DNA of 63,750 nt from assembly GCF_001194135.2 (NCBI RefSeq), contig NC_068983.1, positions 158,867,975-158,931,724 of the forward strand, in the 5' to 3' direction. Positions 38,731 to 51,854 of this stretch are shown here, in pieces (position 1 is the first letter of the stretch; each line of letters starts with the position of its first letter). A program made the position numbers and the translations under genes. The notes beneath the pieces were generated by a model, which searched no databases, was not told the origin of the DNA, and saw only the letters and a list, made by a program, of their open reading frames with translations. This DNA is from Octopus bimaculoides. Lineage: Eukaryota.

Positions 38731-40232
38731 GCAATGCTTCCACATGCTGAGCTGTTTAGTAATCAAGCGTTATGGGGTTATAACTATGTCAATATGTTAC
38801 TTTTGGTATTTTGGTTTTGACCAAGTCGACTTTTTTATACCTTTTGGAACAGAGATAATTTTTCCAGGGTTGAAAGGGTCTTGAAAAAAATATGTAATAA
38901 AGTACTCCAAATTTGCATCTCATTTTGAAGACACACTACTAGCATTAACCCAGATAATGATAAAAAAAAATAACCGAGACATCAAATTCCACTAGTCTCT
39001 ATTATTTACTAAAAAAACAAAAAACAAAAAAATAAAATAAAACAGAAAAAGCAAAAGTAGTTGATTCTATTTCATAAACTTTACAAATCACTGATCAAAT
39101 TAATGATTAATTAAGTTGTAGCTCAATGATGGTGGAGGGGGAAACTCAACAATATATTCCATTCTAATTTTTTTTTTATTTTAAAGGTTAAACAAGAGAA
39201 GAAAAAACAATAATTTTAGAATATAGTCCAACCTAATCCTGTCCTTAAAAACATCTGCTTCACATATGTCCTAATAGATATAATTCTACTCTTTGTGGTT
39301 GAGATCACTTTAGCAGGTAGGCCCTATTAACATTCTTTTATAACTTGCTAAGTTGCCTAGAAACAACTTCCTGTTTTCTACTTGCCTCTCTCACTACTGC
39401 TATTGAATATGTTTAATCAGTCACACAGCATATTGGTCTTAGCCTTTCATTATCTTTATAATCAGTGCTCACTCTACTTATGGAATGTTGATGGTTATTC
39501 CATTTTCCCCAAATAGATTTGATTAATGAAAAAATTAACATTTCCTTTTTATTTAAATGAACTTGAAATCACTTTTATTTATAGTGTTTATACAACTGTC
39601 GTTCTTGTTTTATTCATTATTTTTTTGTTGTTGTTGTTGTTCTTTTGATAGGAATGGTCATATATTAGAGTTGTATATCATGAATAAATATAATATGCCT
39701 TGCTATTCCTGTTGCTGCTGGAGAAGAGTTAATCATGCTGGTGGCAGAACTGTTGCTGGTGCTGCTGATAACGACGACAACTACAGCAATACGCAGACCT
39801 ATACATCATACATACATACATACATACATGCACGCATGCATGTATATATATCATACATACATATAATGAGCATGCATGTGCGTAGGTATGTCTACACACA
39901 TACACATGTATAATGTGCAATGGCTGCAACTTGATTCTGAGCAATGCTATCACTTCATTTTTCTCTTAAACATGAACAGCACAGATGTGGCAACAATGGG
40001 CACATCTTGTGACAGGTGTTCAGAGAGACACATACCTTCATTCCATCCTGGACATTTTCATCCAGTATTTACCTTTTTTCGGTTATGGCTAGCCATAGTA
40101 TGCAGCACTTAATAGATACATCAGAAATCAAGCAATGTCAGTATGTAAAGGTTTTTAAAATGAGGAAAGGCCTTGCACAAATTCCACTTTCTAAGCAATG
40201 CATGCATTTACCCCAAAAGCACTAATCTACAT

Positions 40233-40418
40233 TAGTGCTCCACAACCGGTATTCTGCGGCACATTGGTGTACCACAAGATGATACTAGGTGTGCTGCAGT
40301 GTAACCTAAATATAATTTTTTCCCTTATACTTTTAGTTACATTTTTAGTTCAGATGTGCCACCAAATTTTGAAAAGTATATAAGTGTACCGCAAGTGAAA
40401 AAAGGTTGAGGAACACTG
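40233..40418. mobile_element. hAT (Charlie-type) MITE
   Basis: TIRs TAGTGCTCCACAACC and GGTTGAGGAACACTG; 8-bp TSD ATCTACAT/GTCTACAT (7/8). Confidence 0.85.
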
Positions 40419-40614
40419 GTCTACATCATTGGATGCAACTGAATCACATGTGTTATATCAGAATTTTCCTTTTCTTGGAGAGATGTCTAGATCAGTGGTT
40501 CTCAATTTAGGGTCCATATAAAAATTTATTGCTAAGAATTATGCACAATAAATCGGTTATGCTTCTAAAATACACAAGATATTTTAACAACCTTTTTATA
40601 CAATTCTTTAATTC

Positions 40615-41190
40615 TTTTACTTGTTTCAGTTATTTGACTGCGGCCATGCAGGAGCACCACCTTGAAGGATTTTTAGTTGAACAAATGAACCTGAGGACTT
40701 ATTTTCTAAGCCCAGTTCTTATTCTATCGGTTTCTTTTGCTGAACCGCTAAGTTATGTGGATGTAAGCACACCAACATCAGTTGTCACTTACTTTATTCT
40801 TTTACTTGTTTCAGTCATTTGACTGTGGCCATGCTGGAGCACCACCCTGAACAACTTTTGGTTGAATGTATCAATCCTAGTACTTATTTTCTTTTAAAGC
40901 CTGGTACTTATTTTATCGGTCTCTTTTGTTGAAGCGTTAAGTTATGGGGATGTAAACAAATCAACACCGATGGTCCAAGTGATGGTGGTGAGGGACAAAC
41001 ACTGACACAAAGACACACGAACATAGATATAATATATATATATATAAGTAGCTTGCTTACGAACCACATGGTTCTGGGTTCAGTCCCACTATGTGGCACC
41101 TTGGGCAAGTGTCTTCTACTATAGCCTCAGGCCGACCAAAGCCTTGTGAGTGGATTTGGTAGACGGAAATTGAAAGAAGACCGTCGTATA
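40615..41190. mobile_element. Cluster of SINE family A pieces: two minus-strand tails in tandem, then a plus-strand head
   Basis: Tails at about 40615-40790 and 40793-41015; head at about 41053-41190. Confidence 0.8.
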
Positions 41191-41310
41191 TATATATATA
41201 TGTATATATATATAGTTAAAAAAAACACAAAAAACAATAACAAAAAAACAACAAAGTGAGGACGTGATACGGATAGTGTTATTGGACGCTCGGGAAAGGA
41301 AGGAGAGAGA

Positions 41311-41346
41311 GTATGACGTTTCAGGCAGAGCCCTTCGTCGGAAAGA
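41311..41346 (-). ncRNA. Degenerate minimal hammerhead-ribozyme-like motif (Penelope-like relic)
   Basis: Minus strand reads CCGACGA-A-GGGC-TCT-GCCT-GAAACGTC, with two core deviations (U4 to C, C11.1 to U). Confidence 0.45.
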
Positions 41347-41453
41347 CAGAAAGTTCGGAGAATGGAAAAACAAAGGAAGAGGAAAATAGCACCGATGCCC
41401 ACGAGGTTACATTGTGAAAGGACCGGAAGAGGAGGTGGTGGGGGAAAAGTTCT

Positions 41454-41490
<37 letters not shown>

Positions 41491-42299
41491 ATGTGTGTGT
41501 GTGTGTGTGTGTTTGTGTGTCTGTGTTTGNNNNNNNNNNNNNNNNNNNNNNNNNNNNNNNNNNNNNNNNNNNNNNNNNNNNNNNNNNNNNNNNNNNNNNN
41601 NNNNNNNNNNNNNNNNNNNNNNNNNNNNNNNNNNNNNNNNNNNNNNNNNNNNNNNNNNNNNNNNNNNNNNNNNNNNNNNNNNNNNNNNNNNNNNNNNNNN
41701 NNNNNNNNNNNNNNNNNNNNNNNNNNNNNNNNNNNNNNNNNNNNNNNNNNNNNNNNNNNNNNNNNNNNNNNNNNNNNNNNNNNNNNNNNNNNNNNNNNNN
41801 NNNNNNNNNNNNNNNNNNNNNNNNNNNNNNNNNNNNNCTTCACAACCGATGGTGGTGTCTTTGCGTCCCCGTAACTTAGCAGTTCAGCAAAAGAGACTGA
41901 TAGAATAAGTACTAGGCTTCCAAAGAATAAGTCCTAGGGTTGATTTGCTCGACTAAAGGTGGTGCTCCAGTATGGCCGCAGTCAAATGACTGAAACAAGT
42001 AAAAGAGAAAAGAGTGGCCAGTATATGAAAAATACCTTTTAATTTGAAAATTACACAATTATAAATAAGGGCAAAAAGAAAAAATTTTCTTTGCCAATAT
42101 GCTGAAAAATAGACACTAAATCCTCTAACACCATAAAATATTTTCACTTGTATTATTACACCAAGTAAAATATTTTATGTGGTGAGACGATTTAGTGTCT
42201 ATTTTTCAGATTTTTTTTCTTTCTGATATATATATAGATAGATAGATAGACAGATAGACAGACAGACAGACAGACAGATAGATAGATAGNNNNNNNNNN

Positions 42300-42367
<68 letters not shown>

Positions 42368-42790
42368 TGAAAGTGACCCTCATGCAACCAGTTGATGTTT
42401 TAGATGTTCTGTATTTTTCACTAGTTTTTCTGGAACAATCAAAGACTAATATTTTCATAGCTTGTTCTGACTAAATAAACAGAACTCCTGCTGTTTCCTT
42501 TTGTTTTCCCCAGAAGATCAAAGTACCACAGGAACTGACAGATTCTCTTTTCCTTCATATGGAACCTTCATTTCAGCTAGTCATAAATAAGAAAACATGT
42601 TGAAGCAAAATGAGAATTCAGCTCACCGTATCTACTTTTTAACTAGTTTCCCATACCTTGTATGTTTGTTTTCTCTTTTGTTTGTCAGAGACATTATCCA
42701 CTCTTATATGTGACACCCAAGAAAACTTTAATTCAAGAACATGTAAAAATGATATTTCTGCAATATTCAGTTCTATATTTAAGAGATGAG

Positions 42791-42975
42791 GAATTATTTA
42801 CATTATTTACAATTGACGGACATTCGTCCTCATCTTGTTTGTTGTTAACACAATGTTTCGGCTGATATACCCTCCAGCCTGATGAAGGCTTGAGGATATA
42901 TCAGCCGAAACGTTGTGTTAACAACAAACAAGATGAGGACGAATATCCGTCAATTGTAAATAATGTAAATAATTC
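42791..42975. repeat. 185-nt near-perfect palindrome (90-nt arms, 5-nt loop) containing a hammerhead-like core
   Basis: Arms 42791-42880 and 42886-42975 with 4 mismatches. CTGATGA at 42879-42885 and GAAACGTT at 42907-42914. Confidence 0.9.
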
Positions 42976-44063
42976 TGCAACATTGACGAAGTATTGAAGG
43001 CTGATCTCAAAACACTGAACTTTATGAAGGAGATGACAGATGACCGAGATATGTGGCACATTGCAGTACTTGAGAGGACCCACCCATCACAACAGAATTG
43101 AGATCCTAAAACTGAGATGCCAAGTAACAAGCATTAGTGTGGGTACTGATGCCATGTAAAAAGTACTGGTGATGATGCTGGGTGAAAAACAACCAGTACA
43201 CTCTGTAAAGTAGTTAGCATTAGGAAGGGCATCCAGCCATAGAAACCGAGCCAAAACAGAATGTGGAACCTGATGTGGCCCCAAGCCTTGCCAATTCTTG
43301 TCAAGTCATCCAACCCATGCTAACTTGGAAAACAGACATTAAATATTGATAATGATGATGATAATGATGGTTGAATTATAAATCTCACTTTATAAATTTC
43401 AATGTATGCCTTAGCATTTTTTACAACACATTGATATAAACTTGTTTTTACAAAATTTCTAACAGGATGGCAAGCTAGCAAAATCATTGGCACACCAGCC
43501 AAAGCCCTTAGCTGTATTTCTTCTGGCTCCTTACAATGAGTTCAAATTCAGCTGAGGTCAACTTTGCCTTTTTGTCCTTGTGGGGCCAATAAAATAAATA
43601 TTTGTTGAGCACCGGGGTCAATGTAATCAACTGACCCCTCCCCACATAATTTAAGGCCTTGGGCTTATAATAGAAAGAATTAATGTTGTAATTTAAAGTT
43701 TGTTACATTTATCTGTATACATTGATGTGTAATTCAAGCTTGCACTTCACTAATTTTTTCAAGAACATGTGCTATTTAATAATAATTGAACCTATAAAAC
43801 TGCTAGAGCAGAAGTTTGCATAAAAAATAAAAGAGAACTCCTACAGTTATTTTGGTGTTCTTCTCTCCTTATCTCTATGCATCCATATTTTATATATTGG
43901 TGATCCAGATTTGATTCAAACATACATGTAGAAACTCTGCCAAATCAGATTGGAGCCTGCTGTAGCCATCGGGTTTCACCAGTCCTCAGTCAAGTCGTCC
44001 AACCCATGCTAGCATGGAAAGCGGACACTAAACAATGATGACGATGATACATGCACTGTAAAG

Positions 44064-44297
44064 CAGTGCTTCTCAAACTATTTGAAGTGGTGTACTCTTT
44101 TACTTGTTTCAGTCATTTGACTGCAGCCATGCTGGAGCACCGCCTCTAGTCGAGCAAATCGACCCCAGGACTTATTCTTTGTAAGCCTAGTACTTATTCT
44201 ATCGGTCTCTTTTGCCGAACCACTAAGCTACGGGGATGTAAACACACCAGTATCGGATGTCAAGTGATGTTGGGGGAACAAACAGACACACAAACAT

Positions 44298-44332
<35 letters not shown>

Positions 44333-44784
44333 CACATATACGACGGGCTTCTTTCAGTTTCTGTCTACCAAATCTACTCACAAGGCTTTGGTCGGCCCGA
44401 GGCCATAGTGGAAGACACTTGCCCAAGGTGCCATGCAGTGGGTCTGAACCCGGAACCATGTGGTTGGTAAGCAAACTACTTACCACACAGCCACTCCTGC
44501 GCCTGGTAGTTTTTTTTTTTCCAATGTGCCGGGACTGGTAATATTTCTTAATAATATTCATTTATACCGGAAACAATATATATAATGAATACAATAAAAG
44601 TTGACAATCTTTTTTATCTTATATTTATTTTGTAAACAAATGATACAATATTCCATAAGCATTTTATAAGTATTTTATAAGCATTTTATAATGTCAATTT
44701 CATTTCTGGAAACTCGCCGCATACCGGCAGTTGATGGCTCGTGGACCGGCACCAGTCTGAGGACCACCACTTTGTGTAGCACTA
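44064..44784. mobile_element. hAT-type MITE interrupted by a full SINE A
   Basis: Ends CAGTGCTTCTCAAAC and TTTGTGTAGCACTA; 8-bp TSD CTGTAAAG/CTGTACAG (7/8). Confidence 0.75.
44096..44503 (-). mobile_element. SINE family A, full length
   Basis: Complete head GGCGCAGGAGTGGCTGTGTGGTAAG through tail AAACAAGTAAAAGAG. Confidence 0.92.
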
Positions 44785-45719
44785 CTGTACAGCACATATT
44801 TATAGTGCATTTTGAGATTGTTGAACAGGAAGTATTTACAAACACATGTGACATAATTGAGCAGCTCAGAATGAGTTTACAAGCAAAGCATGTGTCTACA
44901 AGTTCATCGATATCTTCTACATTACTCTACACTGGTAACTGACTTATGATGAAACAGACTTATTTTAAATAACATCTGTAAAAACGTCAGCTATCATTCC
45001 TGTCGTCTCAAGCAGCATCAATTTATCAATCAATAATTAGCTTTAAGCCACTCCTTTCTTAGCTAATGATCTGGCTCTCTGGTTTCCATGGGCTTAAGCT
45101 TATTTCTTCACACAATATAATATCTACAGTTACTGCTTTCACTCATACTGTCAGCTTGCTCACGTCAGAACACCCAGCGAGAGATACACAATTCTAAAAA
45201 GAGAATTGATATGGTGCACTTTCACATCAGATCAGAAACAGTTACACCAGCGCCTCATTACAAAACAATTGTAAGCCATCTCAGTTACTACAAAATATTC
45301 AAAGCTTCTTGGAGGAAATAACTTAGAAATGCCATTATGAAATAAATATTTCTGTAATGATTCCCAAAGAATGTACAATTCATTGTTAAGGATATCTTCA
45401 ACACCTTCAAATTAGGTGTATTGGCAGACATGGTAATGGCAGTTTTTTCACCTATGTCCTTCAAAGTACGCATACAACCTGCAACACCAACACCACTATC
45501 AATACAGGAGAAAGGGAAAGAGAGAGAGGGGTGGGGGAGAACGAAGAGAGAGAGAGAGAGGAAGAGAGAAGTGAGTGAGTGAGAGAGAGAGAGAGAGAGA
45601 GATCAATGATTAAGTAGCTTCTCTGACACTACAGGAATACAAACACTAATGCTACAACTGTATCAGGAGCAACAGAAGCCATGAAGCACAAGTAACTAGT
45701 TCCATAATAAGGGAAGAGA

Positions 45720-47200
45720 CCATTCCCAAAGCAGAGGGGATAACTACTGATGTGGTTATCCAGTTGCCACAGTCAAGGAAGATTACAGAACTGGTGTCCC
45801 TGGAGGTTTTGCAATCGCATCTTATAACAACATCAGTCTGTGTTCATACGAGACACATCTTTTCCCAAACAAGGAAAAATGCTCATCAAGGATTAATGGT
45901 CACCACTCTATCTGGCCATAGTTCAACCAGTGTCCTACTTTGTATAACTAACAGGAAGATCAATACATTTTCCCATGGCCAATGAAGCAGAAATGAGTTC
46001 TACCATATCCTCAAACAGACATTAAGAACCAAACCACTTTCATATTACTTCAGCCTGTTAACATTTCTCCAATTACTACAAACACTGAGAGATTTCTTAC
46101 ACTTTATCTGGAACAGTGATGAGCTTTTCGATAGGTATTCATTGTCACAGAGTTGCATGCTTCCATAACTGAAGCTGATTTCCACTCGTCAGCTCAGTCT
46201 AGTCAGTGATATGAAACCCACTGGCTTATTGACTCTACAACCAGCCTTCATATGATAGGAATCCATGTATGGTCTTAGTCAACCCTGTATTAATACATAC
46301 CATTTTAGTCTGCATCCTTTGAATATTATAATATCAGAGTTTGATCACATGCTTGAATTTGAAATAATTCCCATTAAAAGTGCATTGAGCTATCACCATT
46401 ATGTATTATTCTCAAAAAAAAAAACATCAGGTAACTTATATCTTTGTAGCGACTGTCATGCATTCAACACCAGCATTCAACATCTAGGTCATTCATTACT
46501 TGACCATTCACTTACAAGAGTCTCCTCCCTCGCTAAATGGTGCACTGATTTTCTCAAAGACGTATCTTTTCAGGGCATACAGCCAGATGCTGGTGGATGA
46601 CATTCACAAGACAATAATCATAATGCCATTTGGCCTCTAAATGGTATTTGTATAAATGGGTCTGTATAAATAGCATCATAACTGTGGTGTGATGGAGGAA
46701 GAAGACAACAAGAAGCAAAAGGACAGAATGAAGCGTTGGACCTTACCTTGCCGACCACAGCGGGGTACACGATCGCTCCTAATCAGAACACGTCTTTCTC
46801 GTAACGTCACTGTTTTCTCACTGGCCCCATGTGCTAGCCTTTGACCGCGTGTCGCCGACTTCCGATCTGACCCTTCCGATCTGACCCTTCCGGTCTGGCC
46901 CTTCCGGTCTGGCTTCACCTCTGTTTGCCTCACCCCTCTCCACCACAACACATAGCTCACCACAGCCCATAACACCACAATAACTAAGATAATTAAGGCT
47001 TTTATATAGCACTGGATTTCCATATATTCCACCCCAGTCAACATCACAACTGGTAGGGAAATGGCATACTTGTTATGCCAGAAATCAAATTCATTCTTCC
47101 ACTTGTCATACAGCTGCTAACAGTGAAGCAAAACATTTTCATCATAAACAGATGTCAGTACAGAAACACTAGACAAACTGCAATAAGTGGTACAAGTACC
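45720..47200 (+). mobile_element. Very old I-group-like LINE relic, interrupted by the solo LTR
   Basis: APE-like KEDYRTGVPGGFAIASYNNI (about 45770-45830) and C-terminal CCHC-like STCHT/LTVKQNIF (about 47095-47150). Confidence 0.35.
46683..46979. mobile_element. Solo LTR, 297 bp
   Basis: TG...CA ends, 13-bp terminal inverted repeat (12/13), perfect 5-bp TSD ATAAC, CpG-rich, four copies of a 14-bp internal tandem unit. Confidence 0.8.
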
Positions 47201-50200
47201 TTCCTCTTGTACAACTTGGTACATGCTCAATTGTGAAAGATCAATTTGAATGTACTCCAGGCAAACCCCAGTATGGTAGCACCAAGACATAATTGCACTT
47301 AGTAGCCCAACTGCAATACCAAACCTATTGAACCATATTTATAGGCTAAATGAGCACTCGATCAGTACATTTGTTACCAGTTATTATTTGGGTTGCAATA
47401 GCCTACAGTACAAGTCTAACTAAACCTCTCCAAATGTTTATGTTTTGTTTGATGTGACAGTCAAGAACCACTTAGGAAACTATTTTCAAAACAGTTCAAG
47501 TAATTGCTTCCAAGGATTTCATCAGTGATGTGTGTGTGTGTGAGTGTGAGTGTGTGCGTGTGTGTGTGTGTGTGCACGCACACGTGTCTGTCTGTGTGTG
47601 TGTATATATATATTTATATATATATATATGATTGGTATACATGGTGATTAGAAGACAGCTTTGACTGTCTAAAACCAGTGAATTTGTAGAGCAATCAATC
47701 TCTCAGCAGCACCTTATCCAACTTAAACCTATTGTCAGCACATCAGATACTCAATCTTCTATCTCGTATCAGGAAGCTCAAGACAAAAATAACACTTGCA
47801 TTGGCTAGCCTAATCTATGCATGTGCTCCATTTCTCATAAAAAAGTCTTTTGTATCACCATTTACACTACTTTTTGTTTTAATGCTTTTTGATAGGTGCT
47901 TTCCAACAATCTAGCTGGGAAAATAATATAACAGCTCATATACAACTAGATCATCATTTTTTTCATTTTCCATTGTTTTTGTGGGCATCAATAAGAGACC
48001 ATTATTTTCTCTGCCACTTTGGCTATATAAACACAATGCAAGTTGTTTCACATTCACCTCCTTGGTAGACATCATTACTGCAGAAATCAACAGAATTTTT
48101 TTCCTTCCAACATATCGCTCATTTAGACTAGTTTTAAATACTAAGACATGTTCAAGCTGAATGAGAAATCAATTTGTTGTTTCTCATTTTCTTCAAGTTT
48201 TCTTGTATCACAAATGTTATTTTCTTTTCTCCTAGCCTCACCGACATTGTCTGCTCCCTCCTCTATTCAAGGACATATGCTTATCGTTGTTTGTACAACA
48301 GTGAATTATACATTTGACTCTATAAAAACATTTATGAAAACATACATTTATGGAAACTCTGCTTTTATTCATGTTGTAATTTGGACATTTTTTTTTCTCT
48401 GTATGTATTGTTGCCTACTTTGAACATGCAATTCACCAACTTTTGGAAGAACACGTGCTGTTTAATTAGTTTGAATCATAGTATCAGTAACATAGAAGTT
48501 TTTACTTCTGGCAGCATACAGGAAATAAAAGAACTATTTTAATTCATTCATTATTGCTATCTCTGTGTATACTCCTTTTCTACACATGCACATACAGACA
48601 CACAAACGCAGACACAGACACACACATACATACACAAAGACACACACACACACACACACACACACATCATATTATCATCATCCTTTTTTACCCATTTCTC
48701 CATGGGTTAGATGCATTTTTATCTGCAGAACACCACCAACAAAAGTAACCTCACAGACAACACCAACAAAAGTAACCTCAGCCCATACATGCCAGCAAGA
48801 CTGAAGGATGAACAAAAATACTGTTGCATATCTTGGTGTAGTATGCAGATCACTTTGTGAATTTCCTTCTATCATATGATATTGGCAAGTTTTGAGTAGG
48901 GTGGTTGGAGAATGAGAGTCATCTTGTGCTTTGCTAAAAAAAGCCATAGGTAAGAAATGACATATGAACAGGTGCCTTGTCATTGTTCAGCATCGAGATT
49001 TTGTTTGTCCATGTCAAGGTTAGCTCCTTCTTAATGTGTGTGTGTGTGTGCATGTGTGTGTGCATGCGTGTGTCTTTGTGTTTGTGTTTGACCCTTACTA
49101 CCAGTTGATAACCAGTGTTGGTTTGTTTAAGTCCCTATAACTTAGCAGTGCCAGGCTTACAAAAAAGATATGTACTGGGGTTGGTTCTTTTGACCAAAAA
49201 GTTCAAGACAGTGCTCCACCGGGGCTGTAGTTTAATTACTGGAAAAAGTAACTGATAAAAAGTAAAGATATATAATTTCTAGCATTTAGGGAAACACTTT
49301 ATTACAAAAGAAGCAGAAATAATAAATAATTATTAGCTTAAAGTTAACTCTCTCGGTTGATACAGTTTCCTTGAGGAACGGAGATTAATATGCCAAGTTC
49401 AAAGCTACCATGCTGAATGTAGTTGTTGTTTGGCTATTTGCGAAGTGGTTGGCATTAGGAAGGGCATCCAGTCATAAAAACCATGCCAAAACAGACATGG
49501 AGCCTGGTCAGCTCCTATCAAACCGTCCAACCCATGCCAGCATGGAAAACAGTCATTAAATGATGATGATAATGATAATGTTTCTTCTCAAAACCCACTC
49601 TGTATGTGTGTGAGTGAGTGTGTGTGTGTGTGTGAGTCTGTGTGTGTGTGCGTGTGCGTGCACGCGTGTGTGTATGTGTGTGTGTGAGAGATAGACAAAC
49701 AGACAGAAAGAGAGAGAGAGGAAGAGAGAGAAAGAGAGAGAGAGGAAGAGAGAGAAAGAGAGAGAGAGGGAGAGAAAAAGAAAGAGAGAGAGTGTATATA
49801 TATATATATATATATACAGTCTAGTTGTTAAGGATGCCTTTACCATTAATAAAAAAAAATAATAAAAAAGAATAAAATATAATAAATAATAATAAATAAT
49901 AAATATAATAAAGAATAATAAAAAAGAAATAATAATCATTTGACTGGTTTAAACTTAGTCCCATCCTGTTCAGTCTTTCTAGTATCAGTTCTTTCAAGAT
50001 TACTGCACTCCTATATGGGTAAATTGACTTGGCGGCATTCTGATGGCATAAAGATTGTCTCTGTCATGTGGGTAGAGCTTAGAAAGGGTACAGAATTATC
50101 TTAACAGCTGGAAATGTTGACAGTTTTTAGGATGCTATATGTTGGGTGTGGAAGGACGGTTGAGAAAGAGCGGAGAAGTCAGTGGTAGGGCAGAGAATAT

Positions 50201-50454
50201 ATAATGTGTGACATTTTTAGAAAAAAAGAAAAATGTCCTAAATTCAAGCTAAAAATATTGTAAATTTAAGGTTAAAAACTACGCTGAGAAGCTTTATACA
50301 CTGAATACATTATATTACTTTATACACACTCATACATAGACACATGCATATGTTATGCACATATATGAACAAATATGAACAAATATATATCCATGCACAT
50401 ATATATGCATATACATACACACACACACACACACATATATACATAGATACAAAT

Positions 50455-50491
<37 letters not shown>

Positions 50492-50628
50492 NNNNNNNNN
50501 NAGAAACTCTGCCAAATCAGACTGGAGCCTGGTGTTGCCATCCGGTTTCACCAGTCCTCAGTCAAATCGTCCAACCCATGCTAGCATGGAAAGCGGACGT
50601 TAAACGATGATGATGATGATGATGATGA
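50492..50628 (+). mobile_element. Repeat family B copy
   Basis: Near-consensus 3' portion with (GAT)n tail. Confidence 0.9.
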
Positions 50629-50748
50629 TATATATACACACGTACACATAGATATACATATATGTATATATGTGTGTGTGTGTGAGTGTATATATATATT
50701 TAGAAAGAGAGTGAGAGAGAGAGAGAGAGACAGAGAGAGAGAGACAGA

Positions 50749-50780
<32 letters not shown>

Positions 50781-50984
50781 CAGAGAGACAGAGAGACATA
50801 CAGACAGACAGACAGAGACAGTCAGATACACAGACAGACAAATAGACAAACATATAGATAGATATACATATATATGCATATATATACATATAGGTGAATG
50901 TTAAATGGTAATGATGATAATGATGATGATGTTAAGTATATAAAAGATATATACATTATATCTGAGGAATTTCAACCATGTTTC

Positions 50985-51420
50985 GTGGTCTGCTACCACA
51001 ACAGCTCCTTTATAGGATCCAGTTAGCTCAAGACATCATCAGGAGGAACCACGTCCGGTTGATGTCTTGGAACCTTCTAGTTCTTTCTGGCCTTCATTTC
51101 TCAGTTCATCTTAGAATTATGAGTTATCTTAATATCTGATTCCATGTTCATTTTGACTGAAACTTAAATGTTTCAGTATCCAATACATATAATTTATCTG
51201 GTTCAAACAAGAACTTGAATGGAAGACAAGTTGCAACAAATAGATATACTGTCCTGTAGCATTTTTAAAATACTCTAAATTCAAGTCAAAATTATCTCAA
51301 GAGTTCAGGGTATAAAAGTTATTCTCCAAGTGATTGTATATATTGAATTTATATATTTAACAAACAATAGTTGTTTTTTGGAGGGTTTTTTACTGGATTT
51401 AGCTTCTCAATTCTGTTTAG
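50985..51420 (-). mobile_element. Decayed Penelope-like element 3' end (GIY-YIG-like C-terminus plus hammerhead-like motifs)
   Basis: IYKF...NNFY and FKFLFEPDKLYVLDTETFKFQSK/MESDIKITHNSKMN*, followed by CTGATGA and GTGGT-AGCAG-ACCAC-GAAAC. Confidence 0.45.
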
Positions 51421-51854
51421 TGTCTCATATTGTCTGATATACAGTGAGTATAAATGAAAATGTCACGACTAGGTAGTTAGGGGAGAAAAGAGTTTATCAG
51501 AGATAATGAGAAAGAAAGGGATGTATTACTATAAAGAGAAAGAAACCAAAAACATAACAAAAATATTACTATGATCAAGTGAATAAATGAATCCTGGAAA
51601 AAGTCAAAAGTGTACTTGGTGATCCACCTCAATTAAGAGTTCATCAATGTTAGTTGTAGCTATAAGAACATCCTTCATAATTTGTGTGTTGTTTGTAGAG
51701 TTGCTAAACAAAAATTTTAAAAAGCAGTATTTCAATAGCTAAAAGGCATCATCATCGTTTAGTGTCTGTTTTCCATGCTGGCATGGATTAGACAGATTGA
51801 CTGGAACTGGTAAACTGGAGCGCTGTACCAGGCTCTAGTCTGTTTTGACTTGGT

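Noticed and set aside
42791-42975. Pre-miRNA gene
   Set aside because: The arms are too long and too perfect, and the sequence has mobile-element features. An siRNA source remains possible.
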